Shown: positions 14,454 to 24,691, counted from the stretch's first letter. The stretch: DNA of 37,432 nucleotides from a virus (IMGVR_UViG_2724679140_000013), one strand, 5' to 3'. The notes: generated by a model from the sequence alone, not told the origin. Program-made: numbers and translations.

Positions 14454-16204
14454 CAGAACTCCATAACCGTGAAACGCTCGTTTTCTCCTTCGCCGCCAAT
14501 CGGTTCGTTAATGACAGCAAGCATGGTTGCCCACGCAAGGTCGCCGTGGCTGATCCCCCTCGCGCGGTCCGTTTCGTAAGTGATAAAGCCGCCCGGTGTT
14601 TTCACCTTACGCACGGCGTTAAAGGCCGCGACCAGCTCGCGTTCGGCGCGATCGTATTCCCACCGCCCGGCACGCATTATTTGCAGCATTTTCAGTACCA
14701 GCGACCGTTTTGATGACAGCGTGAAGGTGTACGGAATAGCAGCAGGGAAAAACCGTTTCACTATCTGATAAACAGCCTCCCCGTTCCCGCCCGTCACATC
14801 AATGCCGATGTGTTCCACGTTGTAGCGACACGTGAACTCTTCAATGACTCTGGCCTGTTCTTCAAACTCCAGCCCCTGAACGCGTCGCGTCTCCACCGTT
14901 CGAAAACGGCCTCCAGGAACAGCCGGAGGAACCACTACGGACACAGCGCCGCTGTCGCCGTTTCCACTGCTGCCGTTTGCGTCATACCCAATCCATACCG
15001 GACGATTCCCCATCGGGCGGGGAGCAAAAGGTTTCCAGTCTTTCCAGTCGTCGTATCCGTCAACACCGCAGCCAATCAGTATATTCAGGTTAAATGCCGA
15101 TTCCCCTTCGCGGACAAACTCACACATATAGAGATTGCGGAACTCGTCTTCGGTGTTTTCATCACGAATTTCGTCAATATCGGTGTGTTTCCAGCCGTGA
15201 TTAACCACATCTTCCAGCGTGACAATTTGCCGCCACGTCCGGTCAGGGCAGATAAGCCCGTTATGCAGCGTTTTCCAGTCCACAGAAAAACGCTGACGTT
15301 TATGCGTGGCCTTTTTCTCGTTCCAGCGGTCGCCGTTCCAGTAGGCGTATGCCTCGTGCGTTTCGGTGGATGGCGTGGAGAAGTAGGTGCGCCGCAGTCC
15401 GCTGAGGGTTGCCATAGCGCCAGCCACCTTGCGCAGTTCAGCAAAGCGACTGACCCAGAAAAATTCATCAAAATAAAAATTGCCCGTGTAGGACTGTGCC
15501 GTCGCAGCAGAAGTACCAAGAAAATGCAGCTCTGCGCCGTTGGAGAGGATGATTTTATCGCCCCCTTTCAGCTCCACATCAACTTCAGATGCAGCCTTCT
15601 GAATAATGCTTTTAAACTGGAACGCCTGACGACGCGACGCAGACAAAAAAATCTGGTTACGCTGGTAAGGTTGCGCCACATCGTCACGCAGCGCCATCAG
15701 CAGTGCTTCCTGTGCAAAATACCAGGTCGCCCCAATCTGTCGGGATTTCAGGATCATCCTGTTACGTATCCCGGCTTCACTGCAAAGGGTCAGGGAGTCA
15801 AACCAGCCCCGCTGATGCCACTCCAGCCTGCTGATGATTTTTTCCCGCAGTGCGGCAATCTGCTCCGGCGTGAAATGATTTTTAAGTTTTTTCGCCCGGC
15901 CTTTCTTTCCTGTGGCCGTCACATCCGGCTGGCCATCATGCAGTTTTTTAAGCTGCCGGGTCAGCAGGTCTATTTCCTTAAAGTCACCGCCTGTTTTATT
16001 CTGTTTTTCAGTAAGCTGGATGAGGCGCGCATCGATGGACTGCGTGACACGCTGCACGGGTGGCGTTTCATCCCACTGGTCGCGTTTTTTCCACGCATAA
16101 ATCGTGTTCGGGTTTATTCCCATCAGACGTGATATTTCTGCGGGCGGATAACCCTGCCAGTAAAGTTGCCGCGCACGCTGGCGCACAAAAGCGTCCTGAA
16201 TCAT
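14453..16204 (-). CDS. P: terminase large (ATPase) subunit (P2 gpP family)
   Basis: 583 aa; divergent from O-N-M-L operon as in P2. Confidence 0.9.
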   Translation of the reverse strand: MIQDAFVRQRARQLYWQGYPPAEISRLMGINPNTIYAWKKRDQWDETPPVQRVTQSIDARLIQLTEKQNKTGGDFKEIDLLTRQLKKLHDGQPDVTATGKKGRAKKLKNHFTPEQIAALREKIISRLEWHQRGWFDSLTLCSEAGIRNRMILKSRQIGATWYFAQEALLMALRDDVAQPYQRNQIFLSASRRQAFQFKSIIQKAASEVDVELKGGDKIILSNGAELHFLGTSAATAQSYTGNFYFDEFFWVSRFAELRKVAGAMATLSGLRRTYFSTPSTETHEAYAYWNGDRWNEKKATHKRQRFSVDWKTLHNGLICPDRTWRQIVTLEDVVNHGWKHTDIDEIRDENTEDEFRNLYMCEFVREGESAFNLNILIGCGVDGYDDWKDWKPFAPRPMGNRPVWIGYDANGSSGNGDSGAVSVVVPPAVPGGRFRTVETRRVQGLEFEEQARVIEEFTCRYNVEHIGIDVTGGNGEAVYQIVKRFFPAAIPYTFTLSSKRSLVLKMLQIMRAGRWEYDRAERELVAAFNAVRKVKTPGGFITYETDRARGISHGDLAWATMLAVINEPIGGEGENERFTVMEF

Positions 16205-16358
16205 TGCTCCCCCTGAGTAATTACAGGAAGATTACCCGCGCGCGAAACCGTTCTCCTTAACCCCCTGTTCTGGCCGTTTTCTTACAACAAAAGCCCTTTG
16301 TATCAGCCTGTTACGCTTTGCCATCATGACTGAAGAACCAGTCAGAGGGGCAAAAACT
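16205..16358. promoter_or_regulatory. divergent late promoter region between P and O (Ogr-dependent by analogy)
   Basis: intergenic region between divergently transcribed late operons; no clear TGT-N12-ACA Ogr half-sites found by eye. Confidence 0.35.
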
Positions 16359-17195
16359 ATGGCTAATGAAAAAAAGACATCCCGCAAAAAGTTTCGCGTG
16401 GCTGTCTCCGGATCAACTGTTGATGGCCGCGAAATCAGTCCGGTACATCTGCGTGAAGCCGCCGAGAACTTCAACCCGGATGTTTACGCTGCCCGCGTGA
16501 ACGTTGAGCACTATCTCTCGCCATGCCCGTCAAGCGAATTTTCCGCAATGGGCGATGTCACCGCGCTGAGTACGGAAGATATTACGGAAGGCCCGCTGGC
16601 CGGACGTACTGCGCTGTATGCAGAAATCGAACCGACCGAGCGCATGAAGCAGCTTGTCGCTGACGGCAAGAAAATCTATTCCAGTATCGAACTGCACCCG
16701 CAGTTCTCCGTTAACGGGCGCGCCTATCTGGTCGGGCTGGCGATGACCGACACCCCGGCAAGCCTGGGCACTGAGCGCCTGAAATTCACGGCACAGCAAC
16801 GTCAGGCGGTGATGACGTTCAACAGTGTCCAGGGTGAAGCACCGCTTATCTCCGAAGCCATCGAGTCTGAAATCATCGAAATGGCAGAACAACGCCAGGA
16901 AGAAGGCACCCAGTGGTTTAACCGCGTAATGGGGATTATTGGCCGTGGCCGCAAAGCGGATGACGCCAGTTTCTCCCGCATTCAGGAAGCGGTGGAAGGC
17001 GTCGCAACGTCACAGGCCGACATTATCGACCGTTTTAATGTGCTGGAAACCCGCCATCAGCAGGACCGCCAGAAAATCACGTCACTGACCACAGAGCTGA
17101 CAGCACTGAAGGAAAAACTGCGCACGCAGGACGGCGATCCGCAGAACCGCTTCACCGCAACGGGCGCAGCCTCCGACCAGCTGGCTGACTTCTGA
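16359..17195 (+). CDS. O: capsid scaffolding protein (P2 gpO family)
   Basis: 278 aa from ATG at 16359 (GAGGGG SD); N-terminus MANEKKTSRKKFRVAVSGSTVDGREIS parallels P2 O. Confidence 0.85.
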   Translation: MANEKKTSRKKFRVAVSGSTVDGREISPVHLREAAENFNPDVYAARVNVEHYLSPCPSSEFSAMGDVTALSTEDITEGPLAGRTALYAEIEPTERMKQLVADGKKIYSSIELHPQFSVNGRAYLVGLAMTDTPASLGTERLKFTAQQRQAVMTFNSVQGEAPLISEAIESEIIEMAEQRQEEGTQWFNRVMGIIGRGRKADDASFSRIQEAVEGVATSQADIIDRFNVLETRHQQDRQKITSLTTELTALKEKLRTQDGDPQNRFTATGAASDQLADF

Positions 17196-17218
17196 TAAGA
17201 CAAAGGAGCAAATTTTTT

Positions 17219-18271
17219 ATGAATCTGGTGATGTCAGATATTACCCGCAACAAGCTGGGTTGCTATATGGCGCAGCAGGCGTCGCTTAACAATATCCCGG
17301 TTTCCGCACTGGTATCGCGATTTACCGTGGAACCCTCGGTACAGCAGCGTTTTGAAAACGCCTCAAAGGAAAGCACCGAATTTACAAAAAGAATTAACGT
17401 GATCGGCGTGACCGACCAGAAAGGCGAAAAAATCCTCCCGGATACCACCGGGCCGATTGCGCGCACGAATACCAGTTATGACGGCACAAAACGCCGTAAC
17501 CCGAATAACGTGGTTGATCTGAAAAACCGCAAATACCAGTGCGAACAGGTGAACTACGACACGTTTATTTCATATCCGCAGCTTGATGCCTGGGCGGCAC
17601 ACCCTGATTTTCAGTCCCGCATCAGCGCACAGATTGCCCGACAGGTGGCACTTGACCGCATCATGATCGGTTTCAACGGCACGTCTCACGCGGATGAGTC
17701 TAACTTCAGCACCAACAAGTTGCTTCAGGACGTTAACGTGGGCTGGCTGGAGCACATCAGAACCGACGCCAGCGAACGCGTTATGAATGACGTGACGCTG
17801 ACCTCCCGTAACATGGACAACACCGTGGCGCACGCGGGTAAGTATGCGAACGCTGATGCACTGGTACAGGACGCGCGCTCATCCCTGCTGGATGAATGGC
17901 ACAAGGAAGCTGACGACCTCGTGGTGATTATGGGGCGCAACCTGTTTAACTCGCTGCGTCTGCCCGTGCTGAACAGCATCAGCGGCCAGAATCCCAATGC
18001 GGAATTACTCGCCGGGCAGCTCATTCTGTCATCGCGCACCATTGGCGGGCTGGGCGTGTTCCTTGCGCCGTTCTTCCCGGATTCAACGATGCTGATCACC
18101 TCGTTCAACAACCTGTCGATTTACTGGCAGAAAGGTTCAATGCGTCGTCTGATGAAAGACGAACCGGAATACAACCGCATCGCCACCTACCAGTCCATCA
18201 ATGACGCTTATGTCGTTGAAGACTATGGCAAGTGCGCGATGGTCACTGGCCTGAAGTTCGCCGACAGCTAA
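17219..18271 (+). CDS. N: major capsid protein (P2 gpN family)
   Basis: 350 aa; motifs FTVEPSV, NGTSHADESNFSTNKLLQDVNVGWL and C-terminal YVVEDYG align with P2 N; AAGGAG SD. Confidence 0.9.
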   Translation: MNLVMSDITRNKLGCYMAQQASLNNIPVSALVSRFTVEPSVQQRFENASKESTEFTKRINVIGVTDQKGEKILPDTTGPIARTNTSYDGTKRRNPNNVVDLKNRKYQCEQVNYDTFISYPQLDAWAAHPDFQSRISAQIARQVALDRIMIGFNGTSHADESNFSTNKLLQDVNVGWLEHIRTDASERVMNDVTLTSRNMDNTVAHAGKYANADALVQDARSSLLDEWHKEADDLVVIMGRNLFNSLRLPVLNSISGQNPNAELLAGQLILSSRTIGGLGVFLAPFFPDSTMLITSFNNLSIYWQKGSMRRLMKDEPEYNRIATYQSINDAYVVEDYGKCAMVTGLKFADS

Positions 18272-18316
18272 TCAACTCACGGCGGGCATCATGCCCGCCT
18301 GTAACGGAGAGAAAGA

Positions 18317-19117
18317 ATGATTACTCCTGCACAGCAACACTGGCAGAACGTGATGGCACAGCGCGCAGGCCGGGCGAATGAAGGCGTGGACCACGCCGCG
18401 CGTACCGCGCATGAAGAGGTGCTGTATCGTCTGCGTCTGGCACAGGCCCGGCTTAAGGGCGTACAGGCAAGAAGCGCGAAAGCCGCCATCAAAAAAGAGT
18501 TGTTGCCGGATTTTTCCGGCTGGATTGAGGGAACGCTGGAGGCTGACGGCGGGCAGCAGGACGAAGTGATTGCCACGCTGATGGTGTGGGCGATTGACTG
18601 CGGCGATCTTCCGCTTGCGCTGCGTATTGGTGCGTATGTGGTCCGTCACAACCTCATCATGCCGGATAACTTTGGCCGTACTGCTGCCACGGTACTGACC
18701 GAAGAAATCTGCAACCCGGTACTGACGCAGGCCGGGACGGATGCCGACGCGGATTTGTCCACCTTTATCGAACCACTGGACACACTTTGGGAAATTGTCG
18801 CCAACCAGGATATGCCGGACGAAGTGCGCGCCAAATTATGCAAGGCGTGCGCCTTTGCCCGTCGTGGTCTGACCGATGCAGACAACATGGCCTTATCACT
18901 GAAGCTGCTGCGCGAAGCGATGCACCTGAACCCGAACGCAGGTGTGAAACGCGAGATTGCAACCCTTTCCCGCGCCCTGAAAAAAGCCGATTCCGCAGCC
19001 GCACCAGAAGACGCCAGCGCACAGCAGACGCAGGACGAAAGCAGCAAAAGTAAAAAGACAACGCGGAAGCCTGCAACACGAAAAACCACCGCGACGCAGA
19101 AGGCGAAGCGCGGTTAA
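18317..19117 (+). CDS. M: terminase small/endonuclease subunit (P2 gpM family)
   Basis: 266 aa; conserved DMPDEVRAKL motif and basic C-terminal tail as in P2 M. Confidence 0.85.
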   Translation: MITPAQQHWQNVMAQRAGRANEGVDHAARTAHEEVLYRLRLAQARLKGVQARSAKAAIKKELLPDFSGWIEGTLEADGGQQDEVIATLMVWAIDCGDLPLALRIGAYVVRHNLIMPDNFGRTAATVLTEEICNPVLTQAGTDADADLSTFIEPLDTLWEIVANQDMPDEVRAKLCKACAFARRGLTDADNMALSLKLLREAMHLNPNAGVKREIATLSRALKKADSAAAPEDASAQQTQDESSKSKKTTRKPATRKTTATQKAKRG

Positions 19118-19132
19118 CGACTGACCCCGTCA

Positions 19133-19204
19133 GCGGGCGGCGTGCGCGGTGTTCCGGTTTGACTCCGTGACCGTTTACACCGCGCACCCACCGCCCGATT
19201 TTTT
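19133..19204 (+). terminator. putative intrinsic terminator / attenuator after M
   Basis: long GC-rich inverted repeat gggcggcgtgcgcggtg ... caccgcgcacccaccgcccg followed by T6. Confidence 0.5.
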
Positions 19205-19218
19205 CAGGAGTGAACCCC

Positions 19219-19713
19219 ATGAGTATGGTTGCCAGAACCAACCCCGGCCCCGCAGAGGACGACATCACCGATACCGATGATGGTGATACCCGTATTTCAG
19301 CGGGCGCATTCTGGCCGGATATTGTGCTGCGTGAGCTGCGTCTGGCGATACGACTGCCGGGCCGTGTGACCACCTCCCGCCTGCTGCATACCGCCACCGG
19401 GGCCGTGGCACACGTTACCCGCGAGCTGGAAGCGTGGCAGCAGGAACAACAGGCGGCTGGCCATCAGACGCTGGCCGATGTTCCGGCACCCGTAATTAAC
19501 GGAGAAAGCGTCAATCTCTGGCACTGGCGCAATGCCGTTTATACCGCCACACGCGCCCTGATTCTGGAGCGTTACCGCGATGCGGACACAACGGATAAGG
19601 GCGACCGCCGCGCGGACGCACTGGATATACAGACATCGGATTTGTGGCGCGATGTGAGCTGGGCCATCTCTGACATTCTGCGCCGCCCGCGAATCTTTGC
19701 GGAGTTGTGCTGA
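19219..19713 (+). CDS. L: head completion/stabilisation protein (P2 gpL family)
   Basis: about 164 aa from ATG at 19219 (CAGGAG SD); follows M as in P2. Confidence 0.85.
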   Translation: MSMVARTNPGPAEDDITDTDDGDTRISAGAFWPDIVLRELRLAIRLPGRVTTSRLLHTATGAVAHVTRELEAWQQEQQAAGHQTLADVPAPVINGESVNLWHWRNAVYTATRALILERYRDADTTDKGDRRADALDIQTSDLWRDVSWAISDILRRPRIFAELC

Positions 19714-19913
19714 TGAAAGTGAAGGCACTGGAAGGCGACACCGTGGATTCGCTCTGTTTCCGGTACTACGGCACGACGCAGGGCGTCACCGAAAAGGTGC
19801 TGGATGCCAACCCCGGACTCTGTCAGCAGGTATTTCTGGACGCCGGGCAGGAAGTGGAGATGCCGGAGCCGGAGAAGAAGAAACGAGAAATGATTCAGTT
19901 GTGGGGGGAGTAG
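19713..19913 (+). CDS. X: tail protein X (P2 gpX family)
   Basis: 66 aa; MKVKALEGDTVDSLCFRYYG...ANPGL matches P2 X pattern; ATG overlaps L stop. Confidence 0.8.
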   Translation: MKVKALEGDTVDSLCFRYYGTTQGVTEKVLDANPGLCQQVFLDAGQEVEMPEPEKKKREMIQLWGE

Positions 19914-19915
19914 CA

Positions 19916-20239
19916 GTGAGCACCATTCAAACAGGGATCACAGAGCAGGTTATTGCGTGGCTCTTTGACCACCTGCCAACGGTGTATGCAGTAGGCGCGG
20001 CGGTCAGCATTTCCGCGCTGATGAGTCTTTATGACGGACGAACACTGGTTCAGACCGTAACGGGATCGCTGGCGTGCGGCGTTCTTGCCATGGCCGTGGC
20101 CGGGTCGTTGCGCTTCTTCGGAGTTCCTGAGGATGCCGTGACGTTTTTCGGCGCATCTATCGGTTTTATGGGTGCAGAGAAAGCACGCGACAAGGTTATT
20201 GCGGCCTTTAATCGCAGGGTGAAGGAGAAGGACGAATGA
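19916..20239 (+). CDS. holin (P2 Y position)
   Basis: 107 aa from GTG at 19916 with GGGGGGAG SD; hydrophobic helices; first gene of lysis cassette. Confidence 0.65.
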   Translation: MSTIQTGITEQVIAWLFDHLPTVYAVGAAVSISALMSLYDGRTLVQTVTGSLACGVLAMAVAGSLRFFGVPEDAVTFFGASIGFMGAEKARDKVIAAFNRRVKEKDE

Positions 20240-20628
20240 GCGACACATTTAAATTCAGCAGCCGGAGCGAAAAGAATTTACAGGGTGTAAATCCTGATCT
20301 GGTGAAAGTGACCCGACGGGCACTGGAAATCTCGGAAGTGGATTTTGGTATCACCGAAGGATTGCGCAGCCGTTACCGCCAGAAGCAACTTGTGGCCACA
20401 GGTAAGAGCCAGACCATGAACAGCCGCCACCTTACGGGGCATGCCGTGGATGTTGTGGCGTATGTCGGCAGCCAGGTGTCATGGGAATGGCCGCTGTACG
20501 AAAAAATCGCAGCAGCATTCAGACAGGCCAGCCGGGAGCTGAATATTCCGGTGGAATGGGGCGGCGACTGGAAGACCCTGAAAGACGGACCGCATTTTCA
20601 GTTACCACACGGAGCCTATCCGGCATGA
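20236..20628 (+). CDS. endolysin, peptidase M15-type (zinc D-Ala-D-Ala carboxypeptidase/L-Ala-D-Glu endopeptidase fold)
   Basis: 130 aa; metal-ligand pattern SRHLTGHAVDV ... PHFQL; start overlaps holin stop. Confidence 0.8.
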   Translation: MSDTFKFSSRSEKNLQGVNPDLVKVTRRALEISEVDFGITEGLRSRYRQKQLVATGKSQTMNSRHLTGHAVDVVAYVGSQVSWEWPLYEKIAAAFRQASRELNIPVEWGGDWKTLKDGPHFQLPHGAYPA

Positions 20629-21032
20629 AGCTCTGGCCCACGCTTGGCGTCGCTTTCCTTCTGATTGCCGGATGGGGAACATCCATGCGTCTGTCGTGGT
20701 CGCTGGGCCGGGAGAACGCCAGAAACGAAGCGCAGGCCAGCACCCTGAAAAGTACCGCCGACACCCTGAATATCATCAGCGCCGGGGTACAGGATATGCA
20801 GCAGGTGCTGGCGCAACTCCGCGTGGAAAATCAGCAACGCAATCAGGACGGAGAGGTAAGACGTGAACAGCTACGCAACGATATTGCAAAAGATGAATGC
20901 GCCCACGCTTTGCCTGACGCTCGTTTTACTGACAGGCTGCGCAGGCACGCAGAACGCGCCACTGCCAGCGCCGTCAGTCCGGCTTATACCGCAGACGCTG
21001 ACCATTCCGGTAACGCCGCCCCCCTTCCCTGA
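20625..21032 (+). CDS. i-spanin (Rz/LysB-like)
   Basis: 135 aa from ATG at 20625 overlapping endolysin stop; N-terminal TM then charged periplasmic region. Confidence 0.65.
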   Translation: MKLWPTLGVAFLLIAGWGTSMRLSWSLGRENARNEAQASTLKSTADTLNIISAGVQDMQQVLAQLRVENQQRNQDGEVRREQLRNDIAKDECAHALPDARFTDRLRRHAERATASAVSPAYTADADHSGNAAPLP

Positions 21033-21183
21033 CCTTCCCACATGGGGAAATCTCGGTATATGGGGCGACCGCCTTCTGGATGCACTGGAAACCTGTAACG
21101 CGGATAAACGGGCCATTGAATTACTGGAACAGCGCAGGCTGCAACGACTGAACAACGAGGACAACAACCATGCTGAAAACTGA
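20893..21183 (+). CDS. o-spanin lipoprotein (Rz1/LysC-like), overlapping i-spanin in another frame
   Basis: 96 aa from ATG at 20893; lipobox LLTGC; proline-rich mature region. Confidence 0.65.
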   Translation: MNAPTLCLTLVLLTGCAGTQNAPLPAPSVRLIPQTLTIPVTPPPFPDLPTWGNLGIWGDRLLDALETCNADKRAIELLEQRRLQRLNNEDNNHAEN

Positions 21184-21637
21184 TTCCCTGCGTGAAGCCA
21201 TGACCCGTTCATGCCGATGGTGTCAGGCCAACCCGGAAAAATTCACCATTTTCGTGGAGAGCGGCAACATTGAAACGACAGGAGAAACCCCATCGTTTGT
21301 TTACCGCTATCAGATGGTGATGTTTGTCATGGATTACGCCGGGGAGCTGGATGACCTCACGCTGCCGCTGCTGGCGTGGTTATCCGAAAATCAGCCACAG
21401 TTGTTGCTCAACCCTGAGCGTAATCAGGACATCAAATTCTCCGCCGTTATCAATGACGATGACAGCGCCGACCTCCTGTTTACGCTCCCCCTGCGGGAAC
21501 GCGTTCGCATCACGCGCAACAGTCAGGGCACACCGCAGGCAGAACACCTGCCGGAGCCAAAACCCCGTCTGCCCTCTTCCGAAGGCGACTGGTCGCATGT
21601 ATTCCAGGATGTGACGTGGGGTGAAAGCGATGGATAA
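21170..21637 (+). CDS. R: tail completion protein (P2 gpR family)
   Basis: 155 aa; same length and position as P2 R. Confidence 0.8.
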   Translation: MLKTDSLREAMTRSCRWCQANPEKFTIFVESGNIETTGETPSFVYRYQMVMFVMDYAGELDDLTLPLLAWLSENQPQLLLNPERNQDIKFSAVINDDDSADLLFTLPLRERVRITRNSQGTPQAEHLPEPKPRLPSSEGDWSHVFQDVTWGESDG

Positions 21638-22265
21638 GGCATTCACCCGCGTGGATGAAACCTTTGAGGCCATCCGCAACAGCCTGAATCAGCAGGCCAT
21701 CAATAACATCGCCAGAAAGCTGGCACAGGATTTACGCCGCGCCCAGCAGGCGCGTATCCGGTCACAGAAAGCGCCGGACGGGACCGCGTGGACACCACGC
21801 AGACGCCGCGTAACCCGGATACAGGAACGCATTCGCTTTATCTGGAATAACGAAGCACGCACGCTGAAAAACTGGCATCACGACACGGGGAAATACGGGC
21901 GAACCATTACCGGGTGGGATGAGGATAAAAACAATATCCGCACGTTTTACCGGGATGACATCGACCGTTTTCTGGAAATACGCACCCGGCGCATCAACCA
22001 GGACAGCACAAAGCGCGTCCCCATGTTCGTAAAACTGCGCACCGCCCGCTACCTGAAAGCCCGTGCAGATGCTTCCGGTGTGACGGTGGGTTACAGCGGC
22101 GTGGCCGCACGTATTGCCCGCGTTCATCAGTTCGGTGAGCGCGATCAGGTTGCGCCGGGCATTTTCACCGATTACCCGGTACGTGAGCTGCTGGGTATCA
22201 GCCAGGCAGATGAGCGCCTGATTTATAACACGGTGCTGGGCCGGATTGCGGAGGCTGTACGGTGA
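21630..22265 (+). CDS. S: tail completion / virion morphogenesis protein (P2 gpS family)
   Basis: 211 aa from ATG at 21630 overlapping R stop; position-conserved. Confidence 0.8.
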   Translation: MDKAFTRVDETFEAIRNSLNQQAINNIARKLAQDLRRAQQARIRSQKAPDGTAWTPRRRRVTRIQERIRFIWNNEARTLKNWHHDTGKYGRTITGWDEDKNNIRTFYRDDIDRFLEIRTRRINQDSTKRVPMFVKLRTARYLKARADASGVTVGYSGVAARIARVHQFGERDQVAPGIFTDYPVRELLGISQADERLIYNTVLGRIAEAVR

Positions 22266-22843
22266 GCGCAGAACTCATGCGACTGCTGAGCAATATCATC
22301 CGCACCGGGATCATCTCTGAAGTTGATGAGAAGTCCTGGCGCGTGCGCGTTCGCAGCGGCGAACTGGAAACAGGATGGTTGCGCTGGAACACCACGCGCG
22401 CGGGAGCCTTCAATGTGTGGCTGCCGCCATCACCAGGCGAACAGGTGGTAATTGCCTGCATTGGCGGCAACCCGGAAACCGCCATGATAATTGGCAGCCT
22501 GTGGAGTGATGCCAGTCCGGCCCCCGGAAAAAGCCTGAAAGAAATCGTGGTCAGTGCGCCGGATGGCGCGGTGTTCCGCTACGACGCGGACGCAGGCGCA
22601 CTGAGCGCCAGCGGCATGAAAACAGCCACCCTGCAGGCATCCGTCAGCGTGACACTGGATACGCCCGTCGTGGAATGCACAGACCTTCTGAGAACGGCGA
22701 CGCTTGACGTCACAAAAGGGGGAAAGATGAGCGGCAATATCACGCACAGCGGCGGCGATTTCACCTCAAACGGCATCACAGTGCATACGCATAAGCACGG
22801 TGGTGTTAAAGGTGGCAGCGATTCGACAGGAGGCCCGCAGTGA
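22262..22843 (+). CDS. V: baseplate spike protein (P2 gpV family)
   Basis: 193 aa; C-terminal GGxMxGNIxHxGGxxxSNGxxxHTHKHxG matches gpV apex motif; GTG start overlapping S stop. Confidence 0.85.
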   Translation: MSAELMRLLSNIIRTGIISEVDEKSWRVRVRSGELETGWLRWNTTRAGAFNVWLPPSPGEQVVIACIGGNPETAMIIGSLWSDASPAPGKSLKEIVVSAPDGAVFRYDADAGALSASGMKTATLQASVSVTLDTPVVECTDLLRTATLDVTKGGKMSGNITHSGGDFTSNGITVHTHKHGGVKGGSDSTGGPQ

Positions 22844-23190
22844 CAACCCGCTACACAGGAATGAACCCGGACGGGACGGGAAACCTGAACGATATGGACC
22901 ACCTGAAACAGTCAGTCAGGGACATCCTGACCACCCCGCTGGCAAGCCGGGTTATGCGACGGGAATATGGCAGCCTTGTGCCTGATTTGATTGACGAACC
23001 CATGAATAACACCACGCGTCTGCAATGCATGAGTGCTGCCGTGATTGCACTGACACGATGGGAACCCCGCATTGCCCTGGATGCCATCGATGTTGTCTGG
23101 AAAGCAGGAGGCCGCGCTGGGGTGACGCTGTCGGGCACTGTCATGCAGACCATGCAGAATGTTGAATTAACCATCACGCTGAGAGAGTAA
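22840..23190 (+). CDS. W: baseplate wedge protein (P2 gpW / gp25-like)
   Basis: 116 aa; MTTRYTGMN...RVMRREYGSL parallels P2 W; AGGAGG SD before GTG start. Confidence 0.85.
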   Translation: MTTRYTGMNPDGTGNLNDMDHLKQSVRDILTTPLASRVMRREYGSLVPDLIDEPMNNTTRLQCMSAAVIALTRWEPRIALDAIDVVWKAGGRAGVTLSGTVMQTMQNVELTITLRE

Positions 23191-23193
23191 ATC

Positions 23194-24090
23194 ATGCCTG
23201 CCGTTGACCTTTCCCAGTTACCGGAACCCGCCATCATAGCGGAGCCTGACTTTGAGGCAATTCTGGCTGACACAAAGGCCATGATGATTGCGTCCTATCC
23301 TGCCGAACAGCGTGAAGCCGTCTCCGCCGCGCTGGAGCTGGAATCGGAACCCCTGAACGTTATCGCTCAAACCATGTCTTTTCGTGAAATGCTGTTACGC
23401 CAGCGGGTTAACGAGGGGGCACGCGCCTGCATGTTAAGCCACAGCGCCGGAACAGACCTGGACAACCTCGCGGGCAATATGAACACAAAGCGCCTGGTTA
23501 TCACTCCGGCAACGGATACCACCGACGCGGTGATGGAGAGCGACACCTCGCTGAGACTGCGGGCGCAGCGGGCGTACGACGGCCTGAGTGTTGCTGGCCC
23601 GTCAGGTGCATACGAGTATTTTGCCCGCAGCGCCAGCGGTCTGGTGCGTGATGCGCGGGCCATCAGTCCGTCTCCGGCCTGTGTGACGGTTTCCATCCTG
23701 TCCACTGAAGGCGACGGCACAGCAACGGAGGCGTTGCTTAATACCGTTCGCGCCGTTCTGAATGCAGAGGATACCCGCCCGGTGGCCGACCGCCTGACCG
23801 TACAGAGCGCCAGAATCGTGACATGGCGGCTGAATGCAAAACTGTACTTTTACCCCGGTCCGGAATCCGAACCTATTCTGGCGGCGGCTGAATCGTCGTT
23901 CAGGAAGTGGCTGGCTGAGCAGGGGCTTATCGGTCAGGACGTGGCGTTGTCCGCCATTGCTGCCGCACTGCATGTGCACGGTGTGCAACGCGTGGAGATA
24001 ATCGAACCCACACAGAATATGGCCATCAGCGACATACAGGCGGCGCGCTGTGAGTCATTCACCATCAGCGAAGGTGGGCGTAATGAGTAA
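23194..24090 (+). CDS. J: baseplate assembly protein (P2 gpJ family)
   Basis: 298 aa; length and position as P2 J. Confidence 0.9.
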   Translation: MPAVDLSQLPEPAIIAEPDFEAILADTKAMMIASYPAEQREAVSAALELESEPLNVIAQTMSFREMLLRQRVNEGARACMLSHSAGTDLDNLAGNMNTKRLVITPATDTTDAVMESDTSLRLRAQRAYDGLSVAGPSGAYEYFARSASGLVRDARAISPSPACVTVSILSTEGDGTATEALLNTVRAVLNAEDTRPVADRLTVQSARIVTWRLNAKLYFYPGPESEPILAAAESSFRKWLAEQGLIGQDVALSAIAAALHVHGVQRVEIIEPTQNMAISDIQAARCESFTISEGGRNE

Positions 24091-24691
24091 TTCACTGTTA
24101 CCGCCATCAGCCAGCAGTTTCATGCGTTGCGCCGAAGCTGTCGGAGCGCGCATTACAGACATCCCGGTAGACCTCAACACGCTGTGGTCACCGGACACCT
24201 GCCCGGTGCATCTGCTGCCTTATCTCGCCTGGGCATTTTCCGTTGACCGCTGGGATCGCAACTGGCCGGAAGAGACAAAGCGACAGGTGATTCGTGATGC
24301 ATGGCTGATACACCGACACAAAGGGACCATCAGCGCACTGCGAAGAGCCGTGGAGCCTCTCGGCTACCTGATTGAAGTAAAGGAGTGGTGGCAACTCAAC
24401 GAGGAGCCGGGAACATTTCGCATTGTTGTCGGAGTACTTGATCAGGGCATCACCGATGAAATGTATCAGGAACTTGAGCGCCTTATTGCGGATGCAAAAC
24501 CAGTAAGTCGCCATCTGACGGGGCTGGCGATCAGCCTGAGTGTGAACGGAAAGATTTTCGTTGGTACGGGATGCTATCACGGCGATGCCCTGACGGTTTA
24601 TCCCTACACCCCGGAGTCCATTATTGTCGAAGGGGATTATTTCCCTGCCCCGGCCATTCATTTAATTGATAATCTGAGAGTAAACCCATGA
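24083..24691 (+). CDS. I: baseplate/tail protein (P2 gpI family)
   Basis: 202 aa from ATG at 24083 overlapping J stop. Confidence 0.85.
   Translation: MSNSLLPPSASSFMRCAEAVGARITDIPVDLNTLWSPDTCPVHLLPYLAWAFSVDRWDRNWPEETKRQVIRDAWLIHRHKGTISALRRAVEPLGYLIEVKEWWQLNEEPGTFRIVVGVLDQGITDEMYQELERLIADAKPVSRHLTGLAISLSVNGKIFVGTGCYHGDALTVYPYTPESIIVEGDYFPAPAIHLIDNLRVNP

Noticed and set aside
14810-16132. 440-aa plus-strand ORF antisense to terminase P
   Set aside because: Entirely within the terminase gene on the other strand; Arg/Pro-rich low-complexity translation typical of antisense artefacts.
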